This document shows, in pieces, positions 36,931 to 49,465 of a DNA stretch of 64,000 bases (positions are counted from its first letter, which is position 1; each line of letters starts with the position of its first letter). The stretch comes from Phyllobates terribilis (taxonomy: Eukaryota): the NCBI RefSeq assembly GCF_046119375.1, contig NW_027362946.1:3534001-3598000 (forward strand). The letters are read 5' to 3'. The position numbers and the translations under genes were made by a program. The notes below the pieces were generated by a model. That model had not been told where the DNA came from, did no database searches, and saw nothing but the letters and a program-made list of their open reading frames with translations.

Positions 36931-39900
36931 ATGGACAGAGACAAGATGGCGGAGAGGATATTCCACCTCACCCTAGAGATCCTCTTCCGGCTTACTGGAG
37001 AGGTGAGAGATACTGATGACGTCACATTACATCATTCTTATCTATGGGAATAACAGATGGACAGAACTGGAGAGGTGAGGACTCTGGAAATGTCTGGAGG
37101 GAGATTTATTAATGTGTCTCTCCATAACCAGGATTACATAGTAGTGAAGAAGACCTCTAGTGAGCGGTGTCAGAACCCTGTGTCTGAGGGATGGGGAAGA
37201 CCCCTGAGCCCAATCACGGGGCCTCCACCTCACCCCCTGATACATGAGGACATCAAAGACCAGAAGATCCTAGAACTCACCTACAAGATGATTGAGCTGC
37301 TGACTGGAGAGGTGACACTGCTGGGAATGCTGGGACATTATACAGTAACGCTATGGAGGGATCGGGGGGATGACGGTATCATTGTATGTGTCAGGTTCCT
37401 ATAAGATGTCAGGATGTCGCTGTCTATTTCTCCATGGAGGAGTGGGAATATTTAGAAGAACACAAAGATCTGTACAAGGACTTCATGATGGAGGTTCCCC
37501 AGTCCCTCACATCACCAGGTAATAGGACTAATTACACACGGCCTATAATTATCTGTATGTAAAGAATGAATTCAGTCCCTGTATGTGTTTCCTCCAGATC
37601 TATCCAGTAAGAGGACAACACCAGAGAGATGTCCCCGTCCTCTTCTTCCACAGGACTGTAAACAAGAAGACCCCAATGTTCCTCAGGATCATCAGGTAGA
37701 TGGAGAGAAGGTGTCATGAGATCTCCCCTATGATGTGTAGACAGCTGTGAGGGTCTTGTGCTCAGTCTTGTTTTATCCACCAGTATTATATGTTTTATAC
37801 TTGTGTAATGAGAGCGGTGGAGATGGCAGGATTAGAGCTGATCATAGATGGGACTTCTCCATCTGTCTGTGACTTTTACAATATTTGTTTCAGGGTGAAG
37901 ATCTGACCCATATTAATACTACAGAGACATATGTGAGGGGTGATGAGCGGTGTAAAGAGGAGATTCCTACATATGACCACCCAGGTGAGTAGTGACCACT
38001 AAATGCAGAGAAGTCACAGATCCTGTGGTCATTATATTATGAGTTTGATCACACAAGTAATTGACGTGCATTTTACTTGCAGATAGATTTGATGCATAAC
38101 AAAAAAAGCTTTTTTTTGCACCTTTTTTGATTAACGCATTTTGGCAGCAAAGTTTCATTGGTTAAATGGGATTTTATTTGCTGCAGAAAGGCGCCATGTC
38201 TCCAATTGTAATGTAGTTGTGAGTTGCCAGATTACAGCTGAATGTCAAGAAGAGAGCCGGGCCACACACAGAAGTCAGGCAGGTGAACATCTAAGCTGGA
38301 GAAGCCAAGGTCAATATCTAGCAGCAGTACACGTCCCGGAAGGACAGTCAAGTGAGAAGCCAAACCATTCTGCGGTCAACAAGAAGTATGTAGGCAGATC
38401 AGAAAAGGGTTTAGAAGTAGGGTCAGGTAATAATCTGGTCAAGGTCCAGTTTTGATTCTCCATTGAACATTTCACTAGAAAAGATCAGTGACAATACACA
38501 CAAAGGAAATAAACGTGTCTATAACAAAACAGGTGTAATTGCAATAATGTTCTAGGAGAAATACTTCATTTTCTGGAACAATTTTAAGGGCGTCAACTAT
38601 TTCAACCATGACTGTGTACAGAGAAATGTGAGACAATATAGAGATTAAAAATACAATTTATTAGATCGCAGTTGAAAACACATAAAAATACAAAAAGCCA
38701 TTTAAGAGGGATAAACGTAATCACAAAAAACAATGGAATGAGGCATCTGGATGAGTCCTGGATAAGTCCTAAGCATACAGCCTTGAAGGGGTATTCTCAC
38801 CTCCAAAATCCTATCCCAAAATATAGTAGGTAGGATAATAATAATAGAAAATGCCTCCAATTAGAAATGTACTCCGAGTGTCCTGGGATCACCACGCTGA
38901 CGTACCGACCCCCATCTTCTCTGATTCTACTGGGATCTGTGGTTCTGGCTCTGGGATGCGCTCCGGCACCTGTAGCCACAAACATAGCAAGGACCAGAGT
39001 GGCCTCCCAGGTGTCGGACTATCCGTATGCCACCAGGAGCATATTGGCTAAGAACGCCATCGATGGGAACAAAGACACCGACTTCAGTAGTGGCTTCTGC
39101 ACCCACACCAACCTGGAGAAGGATCCCTGGTGGAAGCTGGACCTGGGCCAGAGCTACAAGATATCCAGCATCGCCATAACTAACAGGATGGACTGTGGTC
39201 TGGAGCGACTGATGGGGGCCGAGGTCCGAATCGGGAACTCCCCTGACAATAACATTCCAGTGTGCGGCACAGTCACAAATGTGGTCTCTGCCACCATGTC
39301 CTTTTGCTGTAAGGGGATGGAGGGTCGCTACGTCAGCGTGGTGATCCCAGGACACTCGGAGTACCTGTCGATGTGTGAGGTCGAGGTTTATTCAGACTCC
39401 AATTAGAAATGTGGTATAGTTCTCCTGATTCTTTGTCACTTATCCCATGTGCAGAGCATTGCAGTAGCTTAGGTATCCATAGTTATGACCACTAGCAACT
39501 AACTTGCAATGCCCTGAACATGGGGTAAGCGACATAGCGAATCAAAAGAACTATACTACATTTGTAATTGGAGATATTTGCTAATCTTATTTTTATTATA
39601 CCTACTACATATTGGTATAGTTTCTCAGAGATGGGAATACCCCATCTTCATTGTTTTTATGGCGTGTATTTTTCTCTGTTGCTTTAGATTGTAATGTAAT
39701 AAAGCTTATTTTTAATCCTCCCTTTATTGCCTCAAAAGTTTCTGCGTATATGTATTATGTTCGTCGATGGTACGTTAGGGGTTCAGTACCATGGGATTTG
39801 TGCACAGGTGGCTCACCACTGTCTTAGGTCATAGTTTCATTATACTTTGATTTGTATAGAATTATGTATAGAGAAATGTTATAAAATATAAGGCATTGAT

Positions 39901-41144
39901 ATTAAAAAATAATAAAATCAGATTTATTCTTGGCAGATGACTGTGGTGTCAAACCAGATACCTATGAAAAGCGTGCCATTATTCCAGCTATACCTCCAGC
40001 CCTTCAGAGCAGAAATCAATCATCTGAGCCTTTTCAATCTGTCATCTACTTGGATTCATCACAGACTGTTAAGCAAAATGAAAGCCAGAGAAGGGATGTC
40101 GAACATCAAATAATTCCCACAGGGAAGAAACCATTTTCCTGTTCAGAATGTGGGAAATGTTTTAAAACTAAATATAAATTGCTTTCACATCAGAGAAGTC
40201 ACACAGGAGAAAAGCCGTTTTCATGTTCAGAATGTGGGAAATGTTTCAGCGATAAGTCATATTTGCTTAAACATTACAGAAGTCATACAGGAGAGAAGCC
40301 ATATTCATGTTCAGAATGTGGGAAATGTTTTATCCAGAAACGAGATCTTCATAAACATCAAACATTTCACACAGGAGAGAAGCCATATTCATGTTCAGAA
40401 TGTGGGAAATGTTTTATCCAGAAACCAGATCTTCATAAACATCAAAGAATTCACACTGGAGAAAAGCCATATTTATGTCAAGAATGTGGGGAATGTTTTG
40501 AACATAAATCTAAATTGCTTATGCATCAAAGAAGTCACACAGGAGAAAAGCCATTTTCATGTTCAGAATGTGCGAAATGTTTCAGCAATAAGTCAGATTT
40601 GCTTAAACATTACAGAAGTCATACAGGAGAGAAGCCATATTCATGTTCAGAATGTGGGAAATGTTTTCTCCAGAAATCAGATCTTCATAAACATCAAAGA
40701 ATTCACACAGGAGAGAAGCCATATTCATGTTCAGAATGTGGGAAATGTTTTATCCGGAAACCAGATCTTCAAAGACATCAAAGAATTCACACTGGAGAAA
40801 AGCCATATTTATGTCCAGAATGTGGTAAATGTTTTATCCAGAAACCAGATCTTCAAAAACATCAAAGAATTCACACTGGAGAAAAGCCATATTTATGTCC
40901 AGAATGTGGGAAATGTTTTACCCAGAAACCAGATCTTCATAAACATTACAGAAGTCATACAGGAGAGAAGCCATATTCATGTTCAGAATGTGGGAAATGT
41001 TTTATCCGGAAACCAGATCTTCAAAAACATCAAAGAATTAACACTGGAGAAAAGTCATATTCATGTCCAGAATGTGGGAAATGTTTCACCCAGGGTTCAT
41101 GTTTAATACAGCATATACAGTTACACAAAATAAAAAGGGATTAA
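36931..41144 (+). CDS. Intact KRAB-like C2H2 zinc-finger protein B1 (oocyte/gastrula XlCOF/XlCGF-like), 590 aa, 12 fingers. Exons 36931-37002, 37132-37311, 37395-37518, 37598-37695, 37894-37984, 39937-41144
   Basis: Exon lengths 72+180+124+98+91+1208 = 1773 nt, with consistent phases, GT-AG introns and no internal stop. Exon 3 is KRAB-A-like. Finger 11 is degenerate (last His to Asn). Confidence 0.92.
38787..39644. mobile_element. MITE carrying the lectin insertion, copy B
   Basis: Same arms as 4504-5818; 16-bp direct repeats at 38855-38870 and 39397-39412. Confidence 0.75.
38867..39406 (+). CDS. Uninterrupted 179-aa F-type lectin (fucolectin-like) ORF nested in the last intron of B1
   Basis: Complete domain: NIAR..ASQVS, AIDGN, H-x26-R-x-D-x4-R (HTNL...NRMDCGLER), [15 protein letters not shown], plus a hydrophobic [12 protein letters not shown] stretch. 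Homology is clear; expression is unknown. Confidence 0.7.
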   Translation: MYSECPGITTLTYRPPSSLILLGSVVLALGCAPAPVATNIARTRVASQVSDYPYATRSILAKNAIDGNKDTDFSSGFCTHTNLEKDPWWKLDLGQSYKISSIAITNRMDCGLERLMGAEVRIGNSPDNNIPVCGTVTNVVSATMSFCCKGMEGRYVSVVIPGHSEYLSMCEVEVYSDSN

Positions 41145-41673
41145 TAGAAGGACTTACTAGGCCGATCGCAGAGACCATTCAGTTTAGCTGGAGGGAAGCA
41201 CTCAAACGAACCGTTATGGAACAGGACCCCCGCTTACACAAATATGTATAACCCGGCATGAGTATAGATCAATATTCGGCCTGATCTTTTATGCCGACGG
41301 GGGCGCTGCCCACACACTCCCCTGTGATGACCTCACGTGGGCTGGTCTCCGCCCTTCTTGGTTTTATTCAATCTCTAATTTTCTGCGATAACTCCTCACT
41401 GGTTGATCGCAGAAGTTAGCAAGTGATGCCATCTTTTTTATTGCAAATTTACCTGTGATGGATCAACCCCGTACTCCAAGATTTTTCCACATGGGGGTTG
41501 TCGTAGCACCTATGCAGCTAATGGGACATAATGTTACAAAGTGGGGTGAATATTGTGGATCACATATTGTTGGACATTTTGTGATGTGACCAAAGCACTC
41601 CTGGCCCCCACCTTCCTGTGCTCACTTAGCAGGGGCAAACAGACAATGTGCTGATTAATGGGTTGTTGCCTAA

Positions 41674-42297
41674 GGGCCCCGTCACACTAAGCGATGCAGC
41701 AGCGATCCCGACAACGATACGACCTGTCAGGGATCGTTGCTGCATCGCTAATACATCGCTGGTGAGCTGTCAAACAGGCAGGCTCACCAGCGATCAGGGG
41801 AGCAGCGATATCGTGGAAAGAATCGTTCCACGATGTCCTGCTCCCGTTACCAGCCTGCTGCAAGCAGGAGCAGGCTGGTAACTATGGTAAACATCGGGTT
41901 ACTAAGTGCGCGTGTGCCCCTAGTAACCCGCTGTTTACCATGGATACCACTCTGCTACGGTGCGCGGGAGCCTCCGCGCACCGTAGCAGAGTGGTATCCA
42001 TGGTAAACAGCGGGTTACTAAGTGCGCGCGTGCCCCTAGTAACCCGATGTTTACCATAGTTACCAGCCAGATCGTTGGTCCCGCTGGTCACACACAGCGA
42101 TGTGTGCTGGCCAGCGGGAGGCCAACGACCAAAAAATGGTCCAGGACACTTTGCAACGATCAGCGACCTCACAGCAGGGGCCTGATCGTTGCAAAGTGTC
42201 ACACACAGCGACATCGCTGGTGAGGTCGCTGGTGAGTCACCAAAACCGTGACTCAGCAGCGATATCGCTAGCGATATCGCTATGTGAGACGGGGGCT
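41674..42297. mobile_element. PIF/Harbinger-type MITE (absent from copy A)
   Basis: TIRs gggccccgtcacac / gtgagacgggggct. Flanks taa / tca at an empty-site cc-TAA-ctgct (7501-7510 in copy A). Confidence 0.8.
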
Positions 42298-42709
42298 TCA
42301 CTGCTGTCTGGGAGCCTACTGTGGGTATTATCTGGTGAGAACAATGGGTGCTAAAAATAGCCTGTGTGATTCTCTTTAAAACCTGCTTGTAAGAATAAAA
42401 GTTTTAGTCCATCTTGGAGACACACTGCGATAGTCATATTTTATATATCCCAGTGTAAGAAAAGCTTTTCCATGTCAGGGGCAGGCAGAAGAAGATTGGA
42501 CATCTGCGGATGGGGTAACTAGCTCCCGTCACACTACCTTTACTTAGAGACCACACATTACATGACTGCTGTCCGTTATTTTCATTTTCAGAAAGGCTCT
42601 AACTTGCTTCTTTAAGAGTGGTCTTGGCCAGTTTTGGATTGCATCTACTTTACTGATCTGGGGTTTGATCTCGCCTCTACCTACTACATATCCTAGTTAT
42701 TCGGCCTCT

Positions 42710-45700
42710 TTATTTCCCATGGCAAAATGTTTTCAGATTTATAGAAAACCCTGCCTTCCTGAGAGGATCAAACACCGACTGGACCTTTTGCAGGTGACAT
42801 CTCCAATCTGGGCTGAAGATTACAATATATAAAGTATGATGCAGTGTAATTCTTATGGATTGCGAGGATCCAGTCCATGGCACTCTGGAAGGTGGCCAGG
42901 GCTCCCTTTTGACAAAACAGCATCCGGACATATTGGAAACATCCGTTGGGCATAGAGAAGGCAGTCTTCTCCTTGGCTTCTTGTGACATGGGGATTTGCC
43001 AATATTTCTTAGTTAAATCCAAGGTGGTTATGTGGCGCCCCTGAGAGTTCAGTCGCGACAGGGGTACTGCACTTCATGGAACGAGGTGTGGTATCTCCTC
43101 TCCGAGGTAAGGATGGAGCACCACACAGGGCCCCACCACACATCCAACACTACACACTCCCATTCTGAAGGGGGTTTAGAGCACAATGTGCTACCCCAGT
43201 CCTGAATGGAGGAGTAAGGGGGGGACCAAAAGTAGGGGGAACCTTGTAGTGAGTAGGGTGGAGGAAGCACTTTACGGTTACACTAATACATCCATATAAA
43301 TATGGATGCCATCTTTAATACCGGGTTTTTTGTCGCAGTTCCCTGGAGGTGACAGTTAGTACAAGCTGCATCTGCCTCAGGAGGCTGTGATTCCCGGTCT
43401 CAGGCCTTGAGATTGGGGGCTGGGGCAGAGTTGAGTTACAGCTGGCTGTGTCCTATGTCTTAGTCCACACCAGAAGGCCTAGGAGGGGAGCAGAGGAGAA
43501 GAGCTCCACAGGCGAAAGGATCTCAGGGGATGTGGACGGAGCAGAGTCGCCACCTGCTACCCTTATTCTGGCCCCGCCAGAGAGACTCCTGCCGCAAGAG
43601 GGGGTACCGGTCCCCGATTATCTGACTTTGTACTCCAGGTCTCTGTCAGAAAAGTCCGGAGGCTGAAGTGGTTCCCAGGGGGAATATGGATGGAGCGGAG
43701 TCGCCACCTGTATCCCCTTAATCTGCGTCTATCCAGAGGGACCCCAGCCTTACGCCACGTTTACACACCAGTCACCAATAAGGGACCTAGGCGGTCCGGG
43801 GGCTACAAGCCACCTTCAGCGGACATTGCGGTACCCGTACGGGACTTAGTAGGGGCACGAGGCGGTTCTAGTACAGCAAGTGAGAGGAACACACTGGTGG
43901 AGGGGTTTTGTCTGGTGCATCCGCGCTACCCGGAGTGAGCTGAACCCCATCCTGGTGGCCGCAGCGCGCCGTGAGGAACAAAGAGAAGCTTTGTGGCTGA
44001 AAACAAGTCTACCGTGAGTAAAACCTGGATGACTTCATACACCGCCTCTTCTCTCTCATTTCTGCGCGGCACCGCACCCACCATTCCTCTGCACTGCACT
44101 TCTTCTACTCTGCCCTGAGGCCTGGCTCCACCTGCGGGGAGCTATTCCATCCCAAGCTGCTAGAACACCGGCCTCAGAGGACTGGCGCAGCGCTGGTGGT
44201 CCTCAGCAGAAACCACAGGTGGCGTAGCCGACAAATAACCACTCATCCACTACCCCATATTTTTAATGTGTGCGCCCTGGCCACGGACTGGGCCAAGGCC
44301 ATCACTGCATCCCCCTCTACCACCGGCCCGCAGTCCGAGTACACCTTTCCCACGGAGGGCTAACGCTACCTGAGTAGTAGTGGGTCACAAAGTTATATAC
44401 TTTGCCAGCCCACGTCTCGCGATCAGGTCATCTACACACGGCATCTGATATGCGTTGAACTTGGACTTCATTCAGCTTCCTATAATCGTTACAGAACCTC
44501 CATTCGCCATCAGGTTTTGGAACCAGGACAATAGGGCTACACCACCCTCTCTGATTCCTCAAATACTCAGAGATTCCTTGGAGAATAGCTCTCGCCAGGC
44601 CTCAGGAATTAGATAGGGCTTCAAGTTCACCCGCACATGGGATTCCATCAGAACCTCATGTTCTATGACCTTTGTACAAAATAGCAAATCTAAGAACAGG
44701 TCCCTGTTCTGCTGCAACAACTCCCGCACTGCTATTTTTGAGCCTTCAACTGCATCTTTGCTATTATGACTCTTTCAACATCTGCTTCAGGCTTGTCCAG
44801 AAAACACGAAGTTTCAACTGGCTCCCTATCTTGCCACATATGTACACTTGGTACAGTTTTAGTCTTCTAGGTTATTATTATTAATTAATATAGCGCCATT
44901 AATTCCATGGCGCTTTACATGTGAAAAAGGGGTATACATAGCAGACAAGAAGTACAATAGTTTAAACAAAAACAAGTCACCGACTGGCACAGGAGGCGAG
45001 AGGACCCTGCCCGTGAGGGCTCACAGTGTAGAAGGGGGGTGAGGATACCGTAGGTGAGGGTACAGCTGGTCATGCAGTGAGGGTTACTGCAGTTTGTAGG
45101 CTTATCGGAAGAGGTCGGTCTTCAGGTTCCTTTTGAAGGTTTCCACAGTAGGCGAGAGTCTGACGTGTTGGAGTAGAGAGTTCCAGAGTAGGGGGGATGC
45201 ATGGGAGAAATCTTGTATGCAATTGTGGGAAGAGGAGAAAGGAGCAGAGTAGAGAAGGTGGTCCTGTGAGGATCGGAGGTTGCATGCAAGTAGGTACCGG
45301 GAGACTAGGTCATAGATATATGGAGGAGACAGGCTATGGATGGTTTTGTATGCCAAGGTTAGGGTATTGAACTTTAGTCTCTGGGCAATGGGGAGCCAGT
45401 GCAGGGATTGGCAGCGGGAAGAGACAGGAGAATATCGGGGGGACAGGTGCATTAGTTGGGCAGCAGAGTTTAGGATAGATTGCAGGGGTGCGAGAGTGTT
45501 AGAAGAGAGACCACAGAGCAGGAGGTTGCAGTAGTCGAGGAGAGAGATGATGAGGGCACGCACTAGTGTTTTTGCAGATTCATGGTTGAGGAATGTGCGG
45601 ATCCGGGAAATATTTTTGAATTGGAGTCGGCATGAAGTGGAAAGGCCTTGGATATGAGGTGACATCCAGGCCACTAGAACTTCCGCACAACCACTTATCC

Positions 45701-47150
45701 ACTTTTATCCACATCCAAATGGTCAAGACATGTAAATGGACCATGTCCATCATCCTTCGTCTACATGGTCAGGGTACCAACAATTGCTCCACTATTTCCT
45801 CTCTGACCTTAATAACGCTGTACAATATCTCCCCACTCAACATAAAATAGGGAAACCTGGTGTCAGCCCGTGGCTCTTGCGCTATACTGTTTAGGACAGC
45901 ATCCTCGTGAAAGCAATTGACGTCAACTTTCTTTCCAGGGATCAGCTGGAGAGGAAATGTGTACCTCACTAGGGTCAACAAACTTTCTAAGACTAGCAGT
46001 CCAGTCACTTGCCGACAATTCCCCATTACAGGACAAGCTTGTGGCCCCTTATTGCGTGGAAAGATCGCACTGCAAACTGGATACACATAGTATGAACAGT
46101 GGCAACCCAGGCTACAGTCCATCTGCTTGGAAGTCAGGGGACAATGGGGTGCTATATGGCCTGGGCCGTGATATTTCCAGCATATATTGCCAGCTGGAAC
46201 CTTTGGTATAACCTCCCCTGAGCCTTTTGATCTTGGACGACCCACCCCTTTTTGGGGGTCCCCAAGGAACCATCGACCACGTGATATCTTTCGAACAGTC
46301 TGACCAGGTCATCTGTATTCCGGGGATCCCCCTGGGCAACCCAAGTCTGTATTGGCCTCGGAAAGGAGTGCACAAACCGGTACATTACCACTCGCAATAC
46401 CATCTGCACAGGGGTAGAGGTCTCTGCCTGCAACCATTTTTGAATGTGGTTCAGCAAATCAAACATTTGGTAGGGAGGGGGTTTGTCACAGTGATATGCC
46501 AAGCGGTGGACACGTTGTACCCTGACAGTCATTGTCACTCCTAAGCGCATCTTTTAAGGCTAAGTCAGAGTAGGCCTTCTGGAGCTCCCCCGTTAAGTAT
46601 GGCATCAGCACATTGCCCTGGTGAGAGTTTCTCCCTCTCGTCGAATCTTTCAAAAATGGCCTCTGTGTCGTCACCCTTGGTCATTTTTTGCAGGGCTCTC
46701 CTTACTGCCTTCTGGATGGAGACATCATCAGCTGACCTTGGAGTCGAATCTACCACCATGCCACGAACCTCTGTTGCATAAGCAGCTTATTTGTCTTCTG
46801 TTGCGCCAGCTGTTGTCGGTACTGCTGCTACAGCTGGGCTTGTACCAGGTGTTTCACTAGGTTCTCCATGCTATCTGATGTTATTTGCTGGCTTATGGCC
46901 GCCTTCGTCCAGGGCATGCAGTACCTCTGTAGCAGTCACACGTGTTCCCTGGGAACTCTGCCCGTATTTCTAACACCCATTGTGGGAATGCTACTCACTT
47001 GGGTGCGTGGTGAGGTAACACGGGAACTGTTTCCATTTATATGTCCTTGCTGGGTTATTGGTTCTTCATAAACCACATCACAAGCAAAGGAAAATAAACG
47101 GCATTCAATGGAGGCAAAACAAAGTAAACAGTTCTAACAAGGGCACTTTA
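42710..47150 (-). mobile_element. Gmr1-like element, copy B, with nested solo LTR (43031-44391) and L2 (44872-45660)
   Basis: Collinear with 7915-13751, but lacks about 1.1 kb (A 10864-11988) and about 350 bp (A about 12230-12577). Confidence 0.85.
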
Positions 47151-47159
47151 GAGACAGTC

Positions 47160-48783
47160 TAGGGGTCTCAAACACGCGGCCCGATGCGGCCCCTCCGGCT
47201 GCTTCTTGCGGCCCGCAGGCACATAGACCCCATAATGATCGCGGCTCTCTCCAGCAGCCGCCGATATCAGTGCTGTAGTACAGTGTATTGCGGCGCAGAG
47301 ACCGTCTCTCTGCACAGCAATATCAGTGCCAGCCACCGGCCTGACCTCTGCGTCCCAGCGCGGCGGCGTATGACATCACTGCCATGTACAGATGTCAGCT
47401 GCTGGCCTCTGATAGGTTGGCGGCTGGCACTGGTATTGCTGTGCAGAGAGCCGGTCTCTGCGCGGCAATACACTGCAATACAGTGCTGATATCGGCGGCT
47501 GCTGGAGAAAGCCGCGATCGTTACGGGGTCTGTGCCTGCGGGCCACAGGTGCAGAAAGGACGCCGAGGGAACGGAGGACAGGTGAGAATATATATATTTT
47601 TTTTTCTCTGTCATGTGAAATACAGCACAGGGGACCTGTGCTCAGTATATGGAGGGGGGCACCGTGTGCAGTATGGGGGGACGGGGACCCTGAGCGCAGT
47701 ATGGGGGGACGAGGACCCTGAGCGCAGTATGGGGGGACGGGGACCATGAGCGCAGTATGTGGGGGGACCCTGAGTGCAGTATGGGGGGACGGGGACCATG
47801 AGCGCTCTATGGCGGGGGACGGGGACCCTGAGCGCAGTATGGGGGGGACTGGGATCCTGAGCGCTGTATGGGGTGGGCTGGGACCCTGAGCGCTGTATGG
47901 GGGGAGGGGGACCCTGAGTGCAATATGGGGGGACGGGGACCCTGTGCGCAGTATGGGGGGGGGGGGCGGCCCTGTGCACAGTATGGGGGGGACACCTGGA
48001 TGGGGGACATGTCTGCAACATGGGGACCTGTATGGGGGACATGTCTGCAACATAAGGACCAGGATGGGGGACCATGTCTGTAATATGGGGGACCATGTCT
48101 GCAATATGGGGTACCTGGATGGGGGATCATGTCTGCAATATGGGGGGACCTGGATGGGGGACCATGTCTGCAATATGAAGGCCATGTCTGCGATATGGGG
48201 GACCTGGATGGGAGACCATGTCTGCAATATGGGGACCATGTCTGCAATATGAAGGCCATGTCTGCAATAAGGGGGACCTGGATGGGGGACCATGTCTGCA
48301 ATATGGGGGACCATGTCGGCAATATGGGGGACCATGTCTGCAATATGGAGGACCTGGATGGAAGACCATGTCTGTTGGATGGGGGACCATGTCTGCAATA
48401 TGAAGGCCACGTCTGCAATATGGGGGACCTGGATGGGGGACCATGTCTGCAATATGGGGGACCATGTCGGCAATATGGAGGACCTGGATGGGAGACCATG
48501 TCTGCTGGATGGGGACCTGGATGGGGGACCATGTCTGCAATATGGGGGACCTGGAGGGGAGACCATGTCTGCAATATGGCGGACCTGGAGGGGAGACCAT
48601 GTCTGCAATATGGGGGACCTGGAGGGGAGACCATGTCTGCAAGATGAGGACCAGTTCAAAAGGTGTATAGAAAATAAAATGGTATCACTAAAAATGTCAC
48701 TTTGTCATGCAAATAATGCGGCCCCCCAAATTAAATGTTTTTCCATGTGCGGCTCATATGCCCAGCTGAGTTTGAGACCCCTG
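47160..48783. mobile_element. Non-autonomous hAT (Charlie-like) element, copy B
   Basis: TIRs (t)aggggtctcaaac / gtttgagacccctg. gtctag occurs at both junctions, consistent with an 8-bp TSD gtctagga and a 5-nt loss on the left. Confidence 0.78.
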
Positions 48784-49030
48784 GTCTAGGACAACCACCT
48801 CTGTGATATATACCTCCCATCAACTGTGTGTCCGAAAGCCACCTTACATCATCTTAGACCGAACAAGGAGTTAATGGCTGAAATACATACACACATGTAT
48901 ACAGCCATAGTGAGGTAAGTGAAGGTGCATAGAAACTGACAGCTTCATACACTCCCATCATCATTCATCTTAGTGACACAGAACTCGCTCTATTCAGATG
49001 GTGCAGATAGATAACTCGGGATACTCCTCT

Positions 49031-49210
49031 CCGTACACCTCGTACACACGCGGCTCCGCTCCGTACACCTCGTACACACGCGGCTCCGCTCTGTACACCT
49101 CGTACACACACGGCTCTGCTCCGTACACCTCGTACACACGCGGCTCCGCTCCGTACACCTCGTACACACGCGGCTCTGCTCCGTACACCTCGTACACACG
49201 CGGCTCTGCT
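49031..49210. repeat. 30-bp minisatellite, 6 units
   Basis: Same flanks as the 56-unit array at 15550-17230. Confidence 0.95.
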
Positions 49211-49385
49211 ACATCCACACTGTAAACCCCTCCTGACCCCACACATAAACTTCAGCTCATCCAGCACCATGACAACCAGCACAGCAGAGTCCTGCATCCA
49301 CTGAGGCCCCTGATCATGTGACCCCTGACTCCTCCCCTCCTGTGACCTCATCACAGCTCCTGTGCGCACCGAGCAGCCATCTTCC
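49202..49385. promoter_or_regulatory. Conserved upstream module preceding gene B2
   Basis: Near-identical to 17222-17405. Confidence 0.5.
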
Positions 49386-49465
49386 TTCCATTTAGGATCC
49401 TGTAGATTCAGTCGTTCTCATCATTATCTTCCATCTTCTAGAAAATTTACCTTAAACCTTAGTGG

